Below, one piece after another: positions 1 through 9,380 of a DNA stretch of 64,000 bases; position 1 is the stretch's first letter; each line of letters begins with the position of its first letter. Origin of the DNA: an uncultured Veillonellaceae bacterium (GTDB lineage Bacteria > Bacillota > Negativicutes > JARBTT01). A program made the translations under genes and the position numbers. The notes under the pieces are model-generated. The model ran no database searches. It was given only the letters and a program-made list of their open reading frames with translations, and was not told the DNA's origin. Where the stretch lies: the NCBI GenBank assembly GCA_963805085.1, contig CAWDTA010000001.1:32001-96000 (forward strand). The letters are read 5' to 3'.

Positions 1-2
1 AA

Positions 3-1418
3 GGTGATCTTGAAACAACTGTAAGAAAAGTTCTTAAATTAATAGAAGGGTCTTACTCCTTAGTATTTATGGCTCGTAATGAACCAGATAAATTGATTTG
101 TACAAAACAAGACAATCCACTTGTTATCGGTCTTGGAGAAGGTGAAAACTTTATCGCATCCGATATCCCAGCAATTATTGCGCGTACTCGCAGAACTTAC
201 ATCATCAGTGATGGAGAAATGGCGATCGTAAAAGCGGATTCTGTATGGATTACAAATCGTGAAGGTGTGCCTGTAACTAAAAAAGTATTTGAAGTAAACT
301 GGAATGCCGAAGCTGCTGAAAAAGGCGGTTACGAACATTTTATGTTGAAAGAAATTTACGAACAACCAAAAGCAGTTCGTGAAACAATGTCTCCTCGTCT
401 TTCAAAAGATAACAGCACTGTAGTTATGGACGAATTAAAATGGAATAAAGATTATTTAAAATCCTTTAAGAAAATTTTCATCGTTGCTTGTGGAACTGCT
501 TATCATGCAGCTTTTGTTGGTAAATACTACATTGAAAAATTAGCGCGTATCCCGGTTGAAGTGGATATTGCATCTGAGTTCCGTTATCGTAGCCCAATCA
601 TCGACGATCGCACATTAACGATCGTTGTGAGTCAATCTGGTGAAACGAGTGATACTTTAGCTGCATTAAAAGAAGCAAAACGTTTAGGGGCTAAGACTCT
701 TGCTGTTACCAATGTAGTAGGTTCTTCTATTGCCCGTGAAGCAGATCAAGTTATCTATACTTGGGCAGGTCCTGAAATTGCTGTTGCGTCCACAAAAGCG
801 TATACAACACAGTTGATCACGATGTTTATGCTTGCGACTTATATGTCACAAATCAAAGAAACGATTACACCAGAATATACAAAACAATTAATCGCTTCTT
901 TGCGTAATTTGCCTGCACAAATACATGAAATTCTTGAAGATGTAGAACCAATTAAAACTTTTGCACAAAAATACGGTTTCAATGAAGATGTATTCTTCAT
1001 TGGTCGCTCACTTGACTATGCAGTTGCATTAGAAGGTGCATTAAAATTAAAAGAAATTTCATATATTCATGCTGAAGCATATGCTGCTGGTGAGTTAAAA
1101 CACGGTACATTATCTTTGATTATTGAAGGTGTACCTGTAATTGCCCTTGCAACACAAAAGAGCGTATATGAAAAAACATTGAGTAACATCAAAGAAGTAA
1201 AAGCACGTGATGCGGTTGTTATTGGTATCGCTCTTGAAGATGATGCGCAAATCGAAAAATATGTTGACCATATTATAAAAATTCCTAATACTGATGAATT
1301 ATTAGCACCATTATTAGCAGTAATTCCTCTTCAATTGCTTGCTTACTATGCATCAATTACTAGAGGTTGTGACGTAGATAAGCCTCGTAATTTAGCAAAA
1401 TCAGTTACCGTAGAATAA
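3..1418 (+). CDS. glmS: Glutamine-fructose-6-phosphate aminotransferase GlmS (5' truncated by window edge)
   Basis: Frame open from position 3; SIS motifs SQSGETSDT, GPEIAVASTK, GELKHG and C-terminal DKPRNLAKSVTVE. Confidence 0.98.
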   Translation, partial: GDLETTVRKVLKLIEGSYSLVFMARNEPDKLICTKQDNPLVIGLGEGENFIASDIPAIIARTRRTYIISDGEMAIVKADSVWITNREGVPVTKKVFEVNWNAEAAEKGGYEHFMLKEIYEQPKAVRETMSPRLSKDNSTVVMDELKWNKDYLKSFKKIFIVACGTAYHAAFVGKYYIEKLARIPVEVDIASEFRYRSPIIDDRTLTIVVSQSGETSDTLAALKEAKRLGAKTLAVTNVVGSSIAREADQVIYTWAGPEIAVASTKAYTTQLITMFMLATYMSQIKETITPEYTKQLIASLRNLPAQIHEILEDVEPIKTFAQKYGFNEDVFFIGRSLDYAVALEGALKLKEISYIHAEAYAAGELKHGTLSLIIEGVPVIALATQKSVYEKTLSNIKEVKARDAVVIGIALEDDAQIEKYVDHIIKIPNTDELLAPLLAVIPLQLLAYYASITRGCDVDKPRNLAKSVTVE

Positions 1419-1440
1419 GAAGAACTTAAAGAAAATACAA

Positions 1441-1480
1441 AAAAAACCTCTTGGGATATACTATCTCAAGAGGTTTTTTT
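1441..1480 (+). terminator. Intrinsic terminator of glmS
   Basis: cctcttgggata-tac-tatctcaagagg hairpin flanked by A- and T-tracts. Confidence 0.9.
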
Positions 1481-1640
1481 AGGTTAAGAAGGATTCTCTA
1501 TTGTGCGAAAACAGATGAAAAGATATATAGAATATATAAAAAGACTTGTATTGTGTTGTTTCGTAATATAAAATTAAAAACAAATGAAATTAGACGTATT
1601 TTTGAAGAAAATACGTCTAATTAAGATTGGAGTGTACATA

Positions 1641-2444
1641 ATGAAAAAGTTGAGTAATATTTTTCCAATGCTATTTATAGTGTTTATTTGTATGATATTT
1701 ATTGGCTGTGGTAAAGAAAAAAATGCAGAAATAGCACCAACTCAAAATATAGAGCTGAATGTATCGGCGGCAATGGGATTAAAAGAGGCATTACTTGATA
1801 TCCAAAAAGAATACGAAAAGTCACATCCAGAAGTAAAAATTGTTTATAATTTTGCTGCAGCTGGTGTTTTGGCTTCACAGATCGAAAATGGTGCGCAATG
1901 CGATGTTTTTCTTTCAGCAGCGATGAAGCAGATTAATGATTTAAAAGCAAAAGACTTGATTAAAGAGAACAGCGTTAAGGATATAGTCGGCAATAAGCTG
2001 GTACTTGCTGTTGCAAAAGGAAATCCTTTGCAAATCAAAGAGTTTAAAGATCTTATTAGAGATGATATCCATTACATAGGTTTTGGAGAAATAAAGACAA
2101 TGCCAGCTGGTCAATACGGCAAAGAGTGTTTAGAAAACATAGGAATTTGGCAACAGGTAGAGCCTAAAACTGTCATTGGGAAAAATGTTCGTGAAATTGT
2201 GGCTTATGTAGAATCAGGAAATGCTGAGGTGGCGGTTGCATTCGAAACGGTGGTGGTAAATAACCCGAAAGTAGAAATTGCAGCAGTTTCGCCACAGGGA
2301 ACTCATAAACCAGTTGTATTTCCAGGAGCACTTATAAAAAATACTAAAAATGAAGTGGCTGCGCAAGCGTTTTTTGATTATTTGACGACTGATGATGCTG
2401 TTAAGATTTTTCAAAAGTATGGATTTTCAAGCCCACAAAAATAA
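1641..2444 (+). CDS. modA: Molybdate ABC transporter substrate-binding lipoprotein
   Basis: Lipobox FIGC; VSAAMGL, QIENGAQCDVFLSAA, PAGQYG motifs; start re-placed at ATG 1641 after GGAG. Confidence 0.9.
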   Translation: MKKLSNIFPMLFIVFICMIFIGCGKEKNAEIAPTQNIELNVSAAMGLKEALLDIQKEYEKSHPEVKIVYNFAAAGVLASQIENGAQCDVFLSAAMKQINDLKAKDLIKENSVKDIVGNKLVLAVAKGNPLQIKEFKDLIRDDIHYIGFGEIKTMPAGQYGKECLENIGIWQQVEPKTVIGKNVREIVAYVESGNAEVAVAFETVVVNNPKVEIAAVSPQGTHKPVVFPGALIKNTKNEVAAQAFFDYLTTDDAVKIFQKYGFSSPQK

Positions 2445-2468
2445 TAAACTGGATAGGGAGCGATTTTT

Positions 2469-3200
2469 ATGACGATATTGGAACAGGCACGCGAAAAATG
2501 GCTGAAGGTGGTACAAGAAAAAGATATCGATGCGAAAACGGCTGAAATACATGTAACGGCGCGTACATTAACGCCGGAAGAGGTAATTGGAATGCCAGAA
2601 CGCCGCGATTATCCGCTTTTTTTAGGAAAGGAAGTAATGATTGAAGCTCAATTTGGCAATAGTAAGGGACACGCTTTTACAGATATGCCAGGAAACTACG
2701 ATGGTAAATTGCAGGATGTCTTGGATTTATCACTGGCGAATTCCTTTGAAAGAGCTGTGTTTGTTGCATCTTTGAATGCATTTATGAAAAGTTTAGGATT
2801 AATCGAAGGAACAGTGCATTGCCGTGAGCATGAGCCACAAGAATGCGCTTTACAATTGGCAGAATATATTCGAAACCATTATGGTCAGGTTAAAATTGCT
2901 TTTGTTGGTTTACAGCCTGGGCTTATACAGGCGTTGACTGATGCTGAATTTGAAATTCGCGCGAGTGATCTTAATCCAGACAATATCGGAAAAGTTAAAT
3001 GCGGGACAACGATTTTGCCAGCATCGACAAATCGCGAAAATGCCGAGTGGGCTGATATTATTGTTGCAACGGGGAGTACTTTTGTAAATGACAGTTATCA
3101 AGAATTTTCGGTAGACAAGCCGATTCTTTATTTTGGGGTAACTGTTTCTGGAATTGCCCAGTTTTTTGGTTTGCAGCGTTATTGCCCGTGCGGAAACTAA
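2469..3200 (+). CDS. DUF364 / Rossmann-like putative heavy-metal or pterin-binding protein
   Basis: GKEVMIEA, GHAFTD, VHC..C, ATGSTFVN motifs; lies inside the mod operon. Confidence 0.6.
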   Translation: MTILEQAREKWLKVVQEKDIDAKTAEIHVTARTLTPEEVIGMPERRDYPLFLGKEVMIEAQFGNSKGHAFTDMPGNYDGKLQDVLDLSLANSFERAVFVASLNAFMKSLGLIEGTVHCREHEPQECALQLAEYIRNHYGQVKIAFVGLQPGLIQALTDAEFEIRASDLNPDNIGKVKCGTTILPASTNRENAEWADIIVATGSTFVNDSYQEFSVDKPILYFGVTVSGIAQFFGLQRYCPCGN

Positions 3201-3235
3201 TTTATTGAATTTGTATTGTTTGGCAGGTGGTTTTT

Positions 3236-3913
3236 ATGATAGATTGGTTTCCGGTAATATTATCAATTAAAATTGCGGCGGTGTCGACCGTGATTACTTT
3301 AGTCACCGGCATTTTTTTTGCGTATCTTACAACAAAATACGATTTTTGGGGCAAAACTGCCTTGGAGGCAGTTATCACTTTACCGTTGGTAATGCCGCCG
3401 ATTGTAACTGGTTTTTTATTATTACTGTGTATCGGACGAAAAGGGATCATCGGTGATTTTCTATTTCGTTTTTTGGACTTTCAGTTAATATTTACGCCTT
3501 ATGCAGCCGTTGTGGCTGGTACGATCGTAGCATTTCCATTGATGTATCAAAGCACCAAAGCGGCATTTTTAGGTATTGACCATAAACTTGAAGATGCCGC
3601 GCGTACTTTAGGAGCCAACGAATTACGGGTTTTTATGACGATTTCTTTACCTCTTTCTGTGCATGGTATTGTCAGTGGTACGGTGCTCTCTTTTTCTCGT
3701 GCTCTAGGTGAGTTTGGGGCAACGATTATGGTTGCAGGAAACATTGTAGGGAAAACGCAAACAATTCCGCTGGCTATTTATTTTGCATCAGAATCGAATG
3801 AACTTGAACTCGCTGGTATGTATGTTTTTATTTTAAGCATGGTTATTTTCTCGCTTATTTTTTTGCTTAACCAATGGAAAAAATCAGCCGATAAGGAGGT
3901 AACACATGCTTAA
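3236..3913 (+). CDS. modB: Molybdate ABC permease
   Basis: LPLVMPPIVTGF, EDAARTLGA (EAA loop), FSRALGEFGAT, TQTIPLAIY. Confidence 0.95.
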   Translation: MIDWFPVILSIKIAAVSTVITLVTGIFFAYLTTKYDFWGKTALEAVITLPLVMPPIVTGFLLLLCIGRKGIIGDFLFRFLDFQLIFTPYAAVVAGTIVAFPLMYQSTKAAFLGIDHKLEDAARTLGANELRVFMTISLPLSVHGIVSGTVLSFSRALGEFGATIMVAGNIVGKTQTIPLAIYFASESNELELAGMYVFILSMVIFSLIFLLNQWKKSADKEVTHA

Positions 3914-4544
3914 TGTTACTATACAAAAACAGTTAACTGATTTTACCTTAGATATCAAGTTTCAAATGGAAAGTGAGATATTAACTTTGCTGGGCAATTC
4001 CGGCGGTGGGAAAACGACGATTCTTCGCTGTATTTCCGGGCTTATGGATCCTGATCAAGGCATGATTAAAATGAATGAAAAACTATTTTTTAGCAGTGAA
4101 CAAGAATTTTCTTTAGCACCCAGAAAACGTCGGGTTGGTTATATGTTTCAAGATTATGCAATTTTTCCACATATGAATGTTTATAAAAATATATGGTATG
4201 GTGCACCGCAAAAAACAAAAGAAAAGCAAGAGCTTTATCAGAGAGTGTTAGAGCTGCTTTCGATAGAATATCTAGAAGGAAGGGATGTCAAAAATCTTTC
4301 TGGTGGAGAAAGGCAACGTATAGCATTGGCGCGAGTACTGATGACTGAGCCAGAAGTGTTACTTCTTGACGAACCACTTTCTGCTCTTGATAGTACTACG
4401 CGAAAATATGTAGGAATGGAATTGAAAAAGATTCAAGAAATATGGCATATTCCGTTTATTATTGTTACGCATGATGAAAGTGAAGCAAAGAGTCTTTCTG
4501 ATAAAATTTTTTGCTTAAAACAAGGTTGTTTTTCAGAGCTATAA
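3906..4544 (+). CDS. modC: Molybdate ABC ATPase (short form, no TOBE domain)
   Basis: Walker A GNSGGGKTT, LSGGERQR, LLLDEPLSALD; overlaps modB. Confidence 0.9.
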   Translation: MLNVTIQKQLTDFTLDIKFQMESEILTLLGNSGGGKTTILRCISGLMDPDQGMIKMNEKLFFSSEQEFSLAPRKRRVGYMFQDYAIFPHMNVYKNIWYGAPQKTKEKQELYQRVLELLSIEYLEGRDVKNLSGGERQRIALARVLMTEPEVLLLDEPLSALDSTTRKYVGMELKKIQEIWHIPFIIVTHDESEAKSLSDKIFCLKQGCFSEL

Positions 4545-4651
4545 CTGCAATTTTAAATAGATATAAGTGTTAAAATAAACGTAATAGAAAGATTATTTTG
4601 ACTTATTATTGCAAGTAGCTTCAAATGTAATTTGAGAGAATGGAGAAAAAC

Positions 4652-5590
4652 ATGGAAGAAAAGAAAGCTTTATCGACACAAGATGTTGCAAATATGCTTA
4701 ATGTCAGCAAAAGTACTATATATGGACTGATAAAGAATGGAGAGATGTTATCATATAAGGTAGGTAGAAAAGTCCGTTTTACCGAAAGTGATGTATACGA
4801 TTATATAAATCGTTCACGTACTGAAAACATTTCATCTGCTGCAGAAAAACAAGACCCACCGTTTGTAAAGAATAGTGAGAGAGAAAAAAATGAACGAGAC
4901 TTTATTATTTGTGGGCAAGATATCATATTGGATATCCTATCTAATTACATGAGAAGTTGCGGTTATCAGGCATTGCGGGCTTATATTGGTAGTTATGACA
5001 GTTTGACGGCTTTGTATAGAAATAAAGTAGATGTAGCTACCGCTCATTTGTGGGATGGTGAGAGTAAACAATACAATATTCCATATGTAAAATATCTGCT
5101 TCCGGGCATACCTACGCTTGTTATTCGTTTTACTAAGAGGATGCAAGGCTTTTTTGTTGCCAAAGGGAATCCGAAAAACATTACTTCTTGGCATGATTTT
5201 TCGCGCTCGGATATAGTTTTGATAAATAGGGAATTTGGTGCAGGTTCAAGAGTATTACTTGATGAAAATTTAAAATTATTGGGAATTTCCTACAAAAGCA
5301 TAAAAGGGTATGAAACCCAAGCGCAATCTCATTTTGCTGTTGCAAGTGCTGTTGGTCGGGGCGAGGCAGATGTTGGTATCGGTATAGAAAAGATTGCAAA
5401 ACAAATAGATGGTGTAGATTTTGTGCCATTACAACAAGAAAAATATGATTTGGTAATAAAGAAAGAAGATTTGGGTAAACCAGAAATGATAGCAATGCTA
5501 AATATCATTCGATCGGATGAATTCAAAAAAGAATTTAAAAATATCGGTGGTTATGATATTAGTGAAATGGGCGAAGTTGCTAAAGGGTAA
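4652..5590 (+). CDS. Excisionase-type HTH plus molybdate-binding PBP-domain transcriptional regulator
   Basis: N-terminal HTH_17-like (STQDVANMLNVSKSTIY..KVGRKVRF); PBP domain with GSYDSL, INREFGAGSR, SHFAVASAV. Confidence 0.85.
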   Translation: MEEKKALSTQDVANMLNVSKSTIYGLIKNGEMLSYKVGRKVRFTESDVYDYINRSRTENISSAAEKQDPPFVKNSEREKNERDFIICGQDIILDILSNYMRSCGYQALRAYIGSYDSLTALYRNKVDVATAHLWDGESKQYNIPYVKYLLPGIPTLVIRFTKRMQGFFVAKGNPKNITSWHDFSRSDIVLINREFGAGSRVLLDENLKLLGISYKSIKGYETQAQSHFAVASAVGRGEADVGIGIEKIAKQIDGVDFVPLQQEKYDLVIKKEDLGKPEMIAMLNIIRSDEFKKEFKNIGGYDISEMGEVAKG

Positions 5591-5608
5591 TATGGTTGCA
5601 AAACAAAA

Positions 5609-5651
5609 AGATGGTGGACGTGTCTGTATGAAGATACGTCGCCGTCTTTTT
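5609..5651 (+). terminator. Probable intrinsic terminator
   Basis: aagatggtggacgtgtct...agatacgtcgccgtcttttt imperfect hairpin plus T-tract. Confidence 0.6.
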
Positions 5652-5676
5652 GTATAGAAAGCAAAGTTGAAGAGCA

Positions 5677-5735
5677 AACTTATTATTGACATATGTCAAT
5701 AATAAGTTATAATAAAACATAAGTGACATATGTCA
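5677..5735 (+). promoter_or_regulatory. Sigma-A promoter overlapped by two TGACATATGTCA operators
   Basis: Perfect 32-bp palindrome 5677-5708 containing TTGACA (5686); TATAAT at 5708; second TGACATATGTCA at 5724-5735. Confidence 0.8.
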
Positions 5736-5758
5736 TAAACTATATGGAGGTGTTTACT

Positions 5759-5944
5759 ATGCCAAGAAGAGATGGAACTGGTCCTAATGGCGCGGGTGGA
5801 TGTGGAGGCATTAATCAGCAAGCTGGAAACGGGACTGGTAGAAGTTCGGGTGGCGGTAGAGGTATTGGCCGTCAATGTGGAAATGGGACTGGTAGAGGGC
5901 AAGGGTGTCAATCTGGCAATGGTAAAAATGGTGATTCTAAATAA
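5759..5944 (+). CDS. Small Gly/Arg-rich DUF5320-like protein
   Basis: GGAGGTG RBS; MPRRDGTGPNG start typical of this family in DUF134/NifB-NifX clusters. Confidence 0.7.
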   Translation: MPRRDGTGPNGAGGCGGINQQAGNGTGRSSGGGRGIGRQCGNGTGRGQGCQSGNGKNGDSK

Positions 5945-6064
5945 GCAAGTTTATAAAGTTTTTATGAGTAGATAAAATATAGTGCAATGATAAGAGTTAT
6001 TACGGCTGATAAGTAATGGGTGTATTCGCTGTAAATTATCAGCCTCTTATGAGGTGAGTTAGTA

Positions 6065-6439
6065 ATGGCAAGGCCGAGAAAATGGAGAAAAGTGTGTTGC
6101 TTACCAGAACGAGATCGATTCGGGCCGTTGAATGACCCGATTAATCCAGACTGTTTTGTTACGATGACCATTGATGAATATGAAACAATCCGATTGATTG
6201 ACTTAGAAGGATTTAATCAAGAAAAGTGTGCTAGTCAAATGCATATTGCTCGTACAACGGTTCAGGCGATGTACAATGCTGCAAGAAAAAAAATCGCCGA
6301 ATCTCTGGTAAATGGCAAAGTTCTAAGAATCGAAGGCGGCGATTACAAGCTTTGTGAAGGTATTGAAAAGTCGTGCGATTGTGGTGGCTGTCGTAGACAT
6401 AGATATGCTAGAGAGGCTATGGAAAAAGATACTATATGA
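6065..6439 (+). CDS. DUF134 (UPF0251) predicted DNA-binding regulator
   Basis: [37 protein letters not shown]-terminal Cys. Confidence 0.9.
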   Translation: MARPRKWRKVCCLPERDRFGPLNDPINPDCFVTMTIDEYETIRLIDLEGFNQEKCASQMHIARTTVQAMYNAARKKIAESLVNGKVLRIEGGDYKLCEGIEKSCDCGGCRRHRYAREAMEKDTI

Positions 6440-6454
6440 AGGAGGATATACTAA

Positions 6455-6823
6455 ATGAAAATTGCAATACCAGTAAATGATAAATCCATGGAATCATGTG
6501 TAGGTAATACATTTGGGCGTACCAGCTATTTTCTTATTTATGATACGGAAACAAAAAAAAGTATTTTTGTCGATAACAGTGCAGCAGCGAGTCAGGGTGG
6601 TGCAGGAATCAAAGCGGCTCAAACAGTTGTCGATAGCCAAGTTGAAGCCTTAATTACGCCACAATGTGGTGAGAATGCGGCAAAGGTGATTCAAGCAAGT
6701 AATATCAAAATATATAAGATAATCAATGATTCGATACAAGATAATATCAATGCCTTTAATAATGGGCAATTATCTTTGCTTGAAAAAATTCATGGCGGAT
6801 TCCATGGGCATGGAGGAAAATAA
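6455..6823 (+). CDS. NifB/NifX-family Fe-Mo cofactor-binding (ORP-like) protein
   Basis: MKIAIP, FGRT, GGAGIKAAQ, CGENA. Confidence 0.9.
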   Translation: MKIAIPVNDKSMESCVGNTFGRTSYFLIYDTETKKSIFVDNSAAASQGGAGIKAAQTVVDSQVEALITPQCGENAAKVIQASNIKIYKIINDSIQDNINAFNNGQLSLLEKIHGGFHGHGGK

Positions 6824-6825
6824 AT

Positions 6826-7683
6826 ATGAAGATAGCTGTGCTAAGCGGCAAAGGTGGCACAGGTAAAACGCTAGTATCGGTAAATTTAGCGGCAGCAGCA
6901 AAAGAGGCCGTCTATATTGACTGTGATGTAGAAGAGCCAAATGGGCATCTTTTTTTCGAACCTAAACCTATTGGTGCTGAGCAAATTGTAATTAAGATAC
7001 CTGTGGTAGATGAAAAACTTTGTAATGGCTGTCGGAAATGCGTTGAGTTTTGTAAGTTCAATGCATTAGCCTATATCAATAACAAACTGCTTGTATTCGA
7101 TGAGGTTTGTCATTCCTGTGGCGGATGTATGCTGTTTTGTCCGGAGAAGGCATTGACGGAGAAAGAGAAAATGATTGGGAAAGTTCAATATGGAATTTCT
7201 GAAAATGTAACAGTCGTTACAGGCATATTAAATACAGGAGAAGCTTCGGGAATTCCGATTATTAAAAAATTATTAAATTATGCAAAGCGAGAGCGGGCAA
7301 TTACCTTTATCGATTGTCCACCTGGCAGTGCTTGCATAGTAATGGAAAGCATAAAAGATGCAGACTATTGCATATTAGTAGCAGAGCCCACTTTGTTTGG
7401 CATGCATAATCTTAACATGGTTTATGAGTTAGTGAAGTTGTTTCATAAACCATACGGTGTGGTGCTTAACAAGTGTCTAGAAGGAGAAAACCCTGCCGAA
7501 CAATTCTGCATAGAAAAAGGCATCAAGATTTTAGCACAGATTCCCTTTGACAATGAGCTTGGAACACTTAATTCGAATGCTTTAATATCCGTCAGAGTGT
7601 GCAAAAAGTATAAGGATCTATTTGCTTCCTTACTTCAAATTGTGACTGAGGAGGTGCAGCGTGAAGCAGTTGTTAATCCTTAG
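6826..7683 (+). CDS. MinD/ParA-like P-loop ATPase with 2x[4Fe-4S] ferredoxin insert
   Basis: SGKGGTGKT, DCDVEEPN, CNGCRKC..C, CHSCGGC..CP, DCPPG. Confidence 0.9.
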   Translation: MKIAVLSGKGGTGKTLVSVNLAAAAKEAVYIDCDVEEPNGHLFFEPKPIGAEQIVIKIPVVDEKLCNGCRKCVEFCKFNALAYINNKLLVFDEVCHSCGGCMLFCPEKALTEKEKMIGKVQYGISENVTVVTGILNTGEASGIPIIKKLLNYAKRERAITFIDCPPGSACIVMESIKDADYCILVAEPTLFGMHNLNMVYELVKLFHKPYGVVLNKCLEGENPAEQFCIEKGIKILAQIPFDNELGTLNSNALISVRVCKKYKDLFASLLQIVTEEVQREAVVNP

Positions 7684-8527
7684 TGGTAAGGGTGGTACAG
7701 GAAAAACTACGTTAGCTGGTGCTTTTATTAAATTGGCAAAGGCGCAAGCCTATGCAGATTGTGATGTAGATGCACCTAATTTGCACCTGGTTATGAAGCA
7801 GTCAGTTAAGCCGAAACGAACAGATTATTACGGAATGCCAAAGGCAGTGATAAATGTCGATCAGTGCATCCAATGTGATTTATGCAGACAAAATTGCCGT
7901 TTTGAGGCAATCAATGTGAACGATAAATATGAAGTGGATTATTATTCTTGCGAAGGTTGTGGCGTCTGCGAAACGGTTTGCCCAGCAAACGCTATAGCAT
8001 TAAAACCTGCTGTAGCAGGAGAATTAATGCTTTATGCAGATGAAACTGTATTTTCAACAGCGCGGTTAAAAATGGGAAGCGGCACTTCTGGGATGTTAGT
8101 GACTGAAGTGAAAAAGCAGATGAATTTAGTAACTAAAGATGCTGAATTCGCTATTATTGATGGATCTCCGGGCATAGGGTGTCCAGTCATCGCATCACTT
8201 AGCGGCGTTGATTTGGTTTTGATCGTTGCCGAACCGTCTATATCAGGGATTAGCGATATGGAACGCATCATTAAAACTGCTGAACAATTTGAGTCGCGAG
8301 TCGCAGTATGTATTAATAAATATGATACCAATATTGTTAACACAGAAAAAATAGAATCATTTTGTGAAAAGCTGAATTTACCTGTTGCTGGCAGAATACC
8401 TTTTGATTCAAATGCTGTAAAAGCTATCAACAGTGCTTTAGCCATTGTTGATATAGACTGTACCTCAGGGCGAGCGGCAAGAGAGGTTTTTGCTAAGACA
8501 GTTAAAATTTTGTTCAATGAAAGTTAG
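7661..8527 (+). CDS. Second MinD/ParA-like ATPase with 2x[4Fe-4S]
   Basis: SGKGGTGKT, DCDVDAPN, CIQCDLC..C, CEGCGVC..CP, DGSPGIGCP. Confidence 0.9.
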   Translation: MKQLLILSGKGGTGKTTLAGAFIKLAKAQAYADCDVDAPNLHLVMKQSVKPKRTDYYGMPKAVINVDQCIQCDLCRQNCRFEAINVNDKYEVDYYSCEGCGVCETVCPANAIALKPAVAGELMLYADETVFSTARLKMGSGTSGMLVTEVKKQMNLVTKDAEFAIIDGSPGIGCPVIASLSGVDLVLIVAEPSISGISDMERIIKTAEQFESRVAVCINKYDTNIVNTEKIESFCEKLNLPVAGRIPFDSNAVKAINSALAIVDIDCTSGRAAREVFAKTVKILFNES

Positions 8528-8536
8528 GTTAAATAC

Positions 8537-9361
8537 ATGGTAATAAAAACTTTGGTAGAAAATACAGCGATAGCCGATAAATTTGAGAACGTGCATGGAC
8601 TAAGTCTATATATTGAGACAAAGAAACATAAACTCCTGTTTGATTTGGGACCAAATGAGTTGTTTGCAAAAAATGCCCAAAAGTTGAATGTTGATATTTC
8701 GAAGGTTGATATAGTTGTAATCTCTCATGGTCATTATGATCATGGAGGTGGACTTAGAGAATTTTTAAATATAAATTCTAAAGCGAAGATATATGTGCAA
8801 CAGACGGCATTTAAAAAGCACTATTCAAATAGACCAAGTGGTGAAAAAGCATCTATTGGTTTGGACGAAGGATTATTGCCAAATGAACGGGTTGTTTTTG
8901 TAGATAACTATCTGTTTATTGATGAAGAGCTTGAACTGTTTTCTAATGTAGAAGCAAAAGTGCTTACTCCATCGGACAATCAAGATCTTTTAATGGCATC
9001 GGGTGATTTATCAGTCCCAGATGATTTTAGGCATGAACAAAACCTGATTATTAAAGAAAATGGGAATTTATTAATGGTGGCAGGTTGTGCTCATAATGGA
9101 ATCGTGAATATTTTGGAACAGTTTTATGCTTTAAAAAAAGACTTTCCTACTCATGTTATCGGGGGATTCCACTTATACAGCTATTCAAAAAATAAGTGTG
9201 AAGATCTAGTAAAGATTAAGCAAATCGGCGAATATTTGAAAACTACCGATGTAAAATTTTATACTTGTCACTGTACAGGAATTGAACCATATGAAAAATT
9301 AAAAGAAATTATCAATGAAAAAATTGAGTACTTAGCAACCGGAAGACAAATGATATTATAA
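8537..9361 (+). CDS. MBL-fold metallo-hydrolase
   Basis: HGLS, SHGHYDHGGG, GCAH, GGFH, CHCTG. Confidence 0.9.
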   Translation: MVIKTLVENTAIADKFENVHGLSLYIETKKHKLLFDLGPNELFAKNAQKLNVDISKVDIVVISHGHYDHGGGLREFLNINSKAKIYVQQTAFKKHYSNRPSGEKASIGLDEGLLPNERVVFVDNYLFIDEELELFSNVEAKVLTPSDNQDLLMASGDLSVPDDFRHEQNLIIKENGNLLMVAGCAHNGIVNILEQFYALKKDFPTHVIGGFHLYSYSKNKCEDLVKIKQIGEYLKTTDVKFYTCHCTGIEPYEKLKEIINEKIEYLATGRQMIL

Positions 9362-9380
9362 ACATAGGGGAGATAAACGA

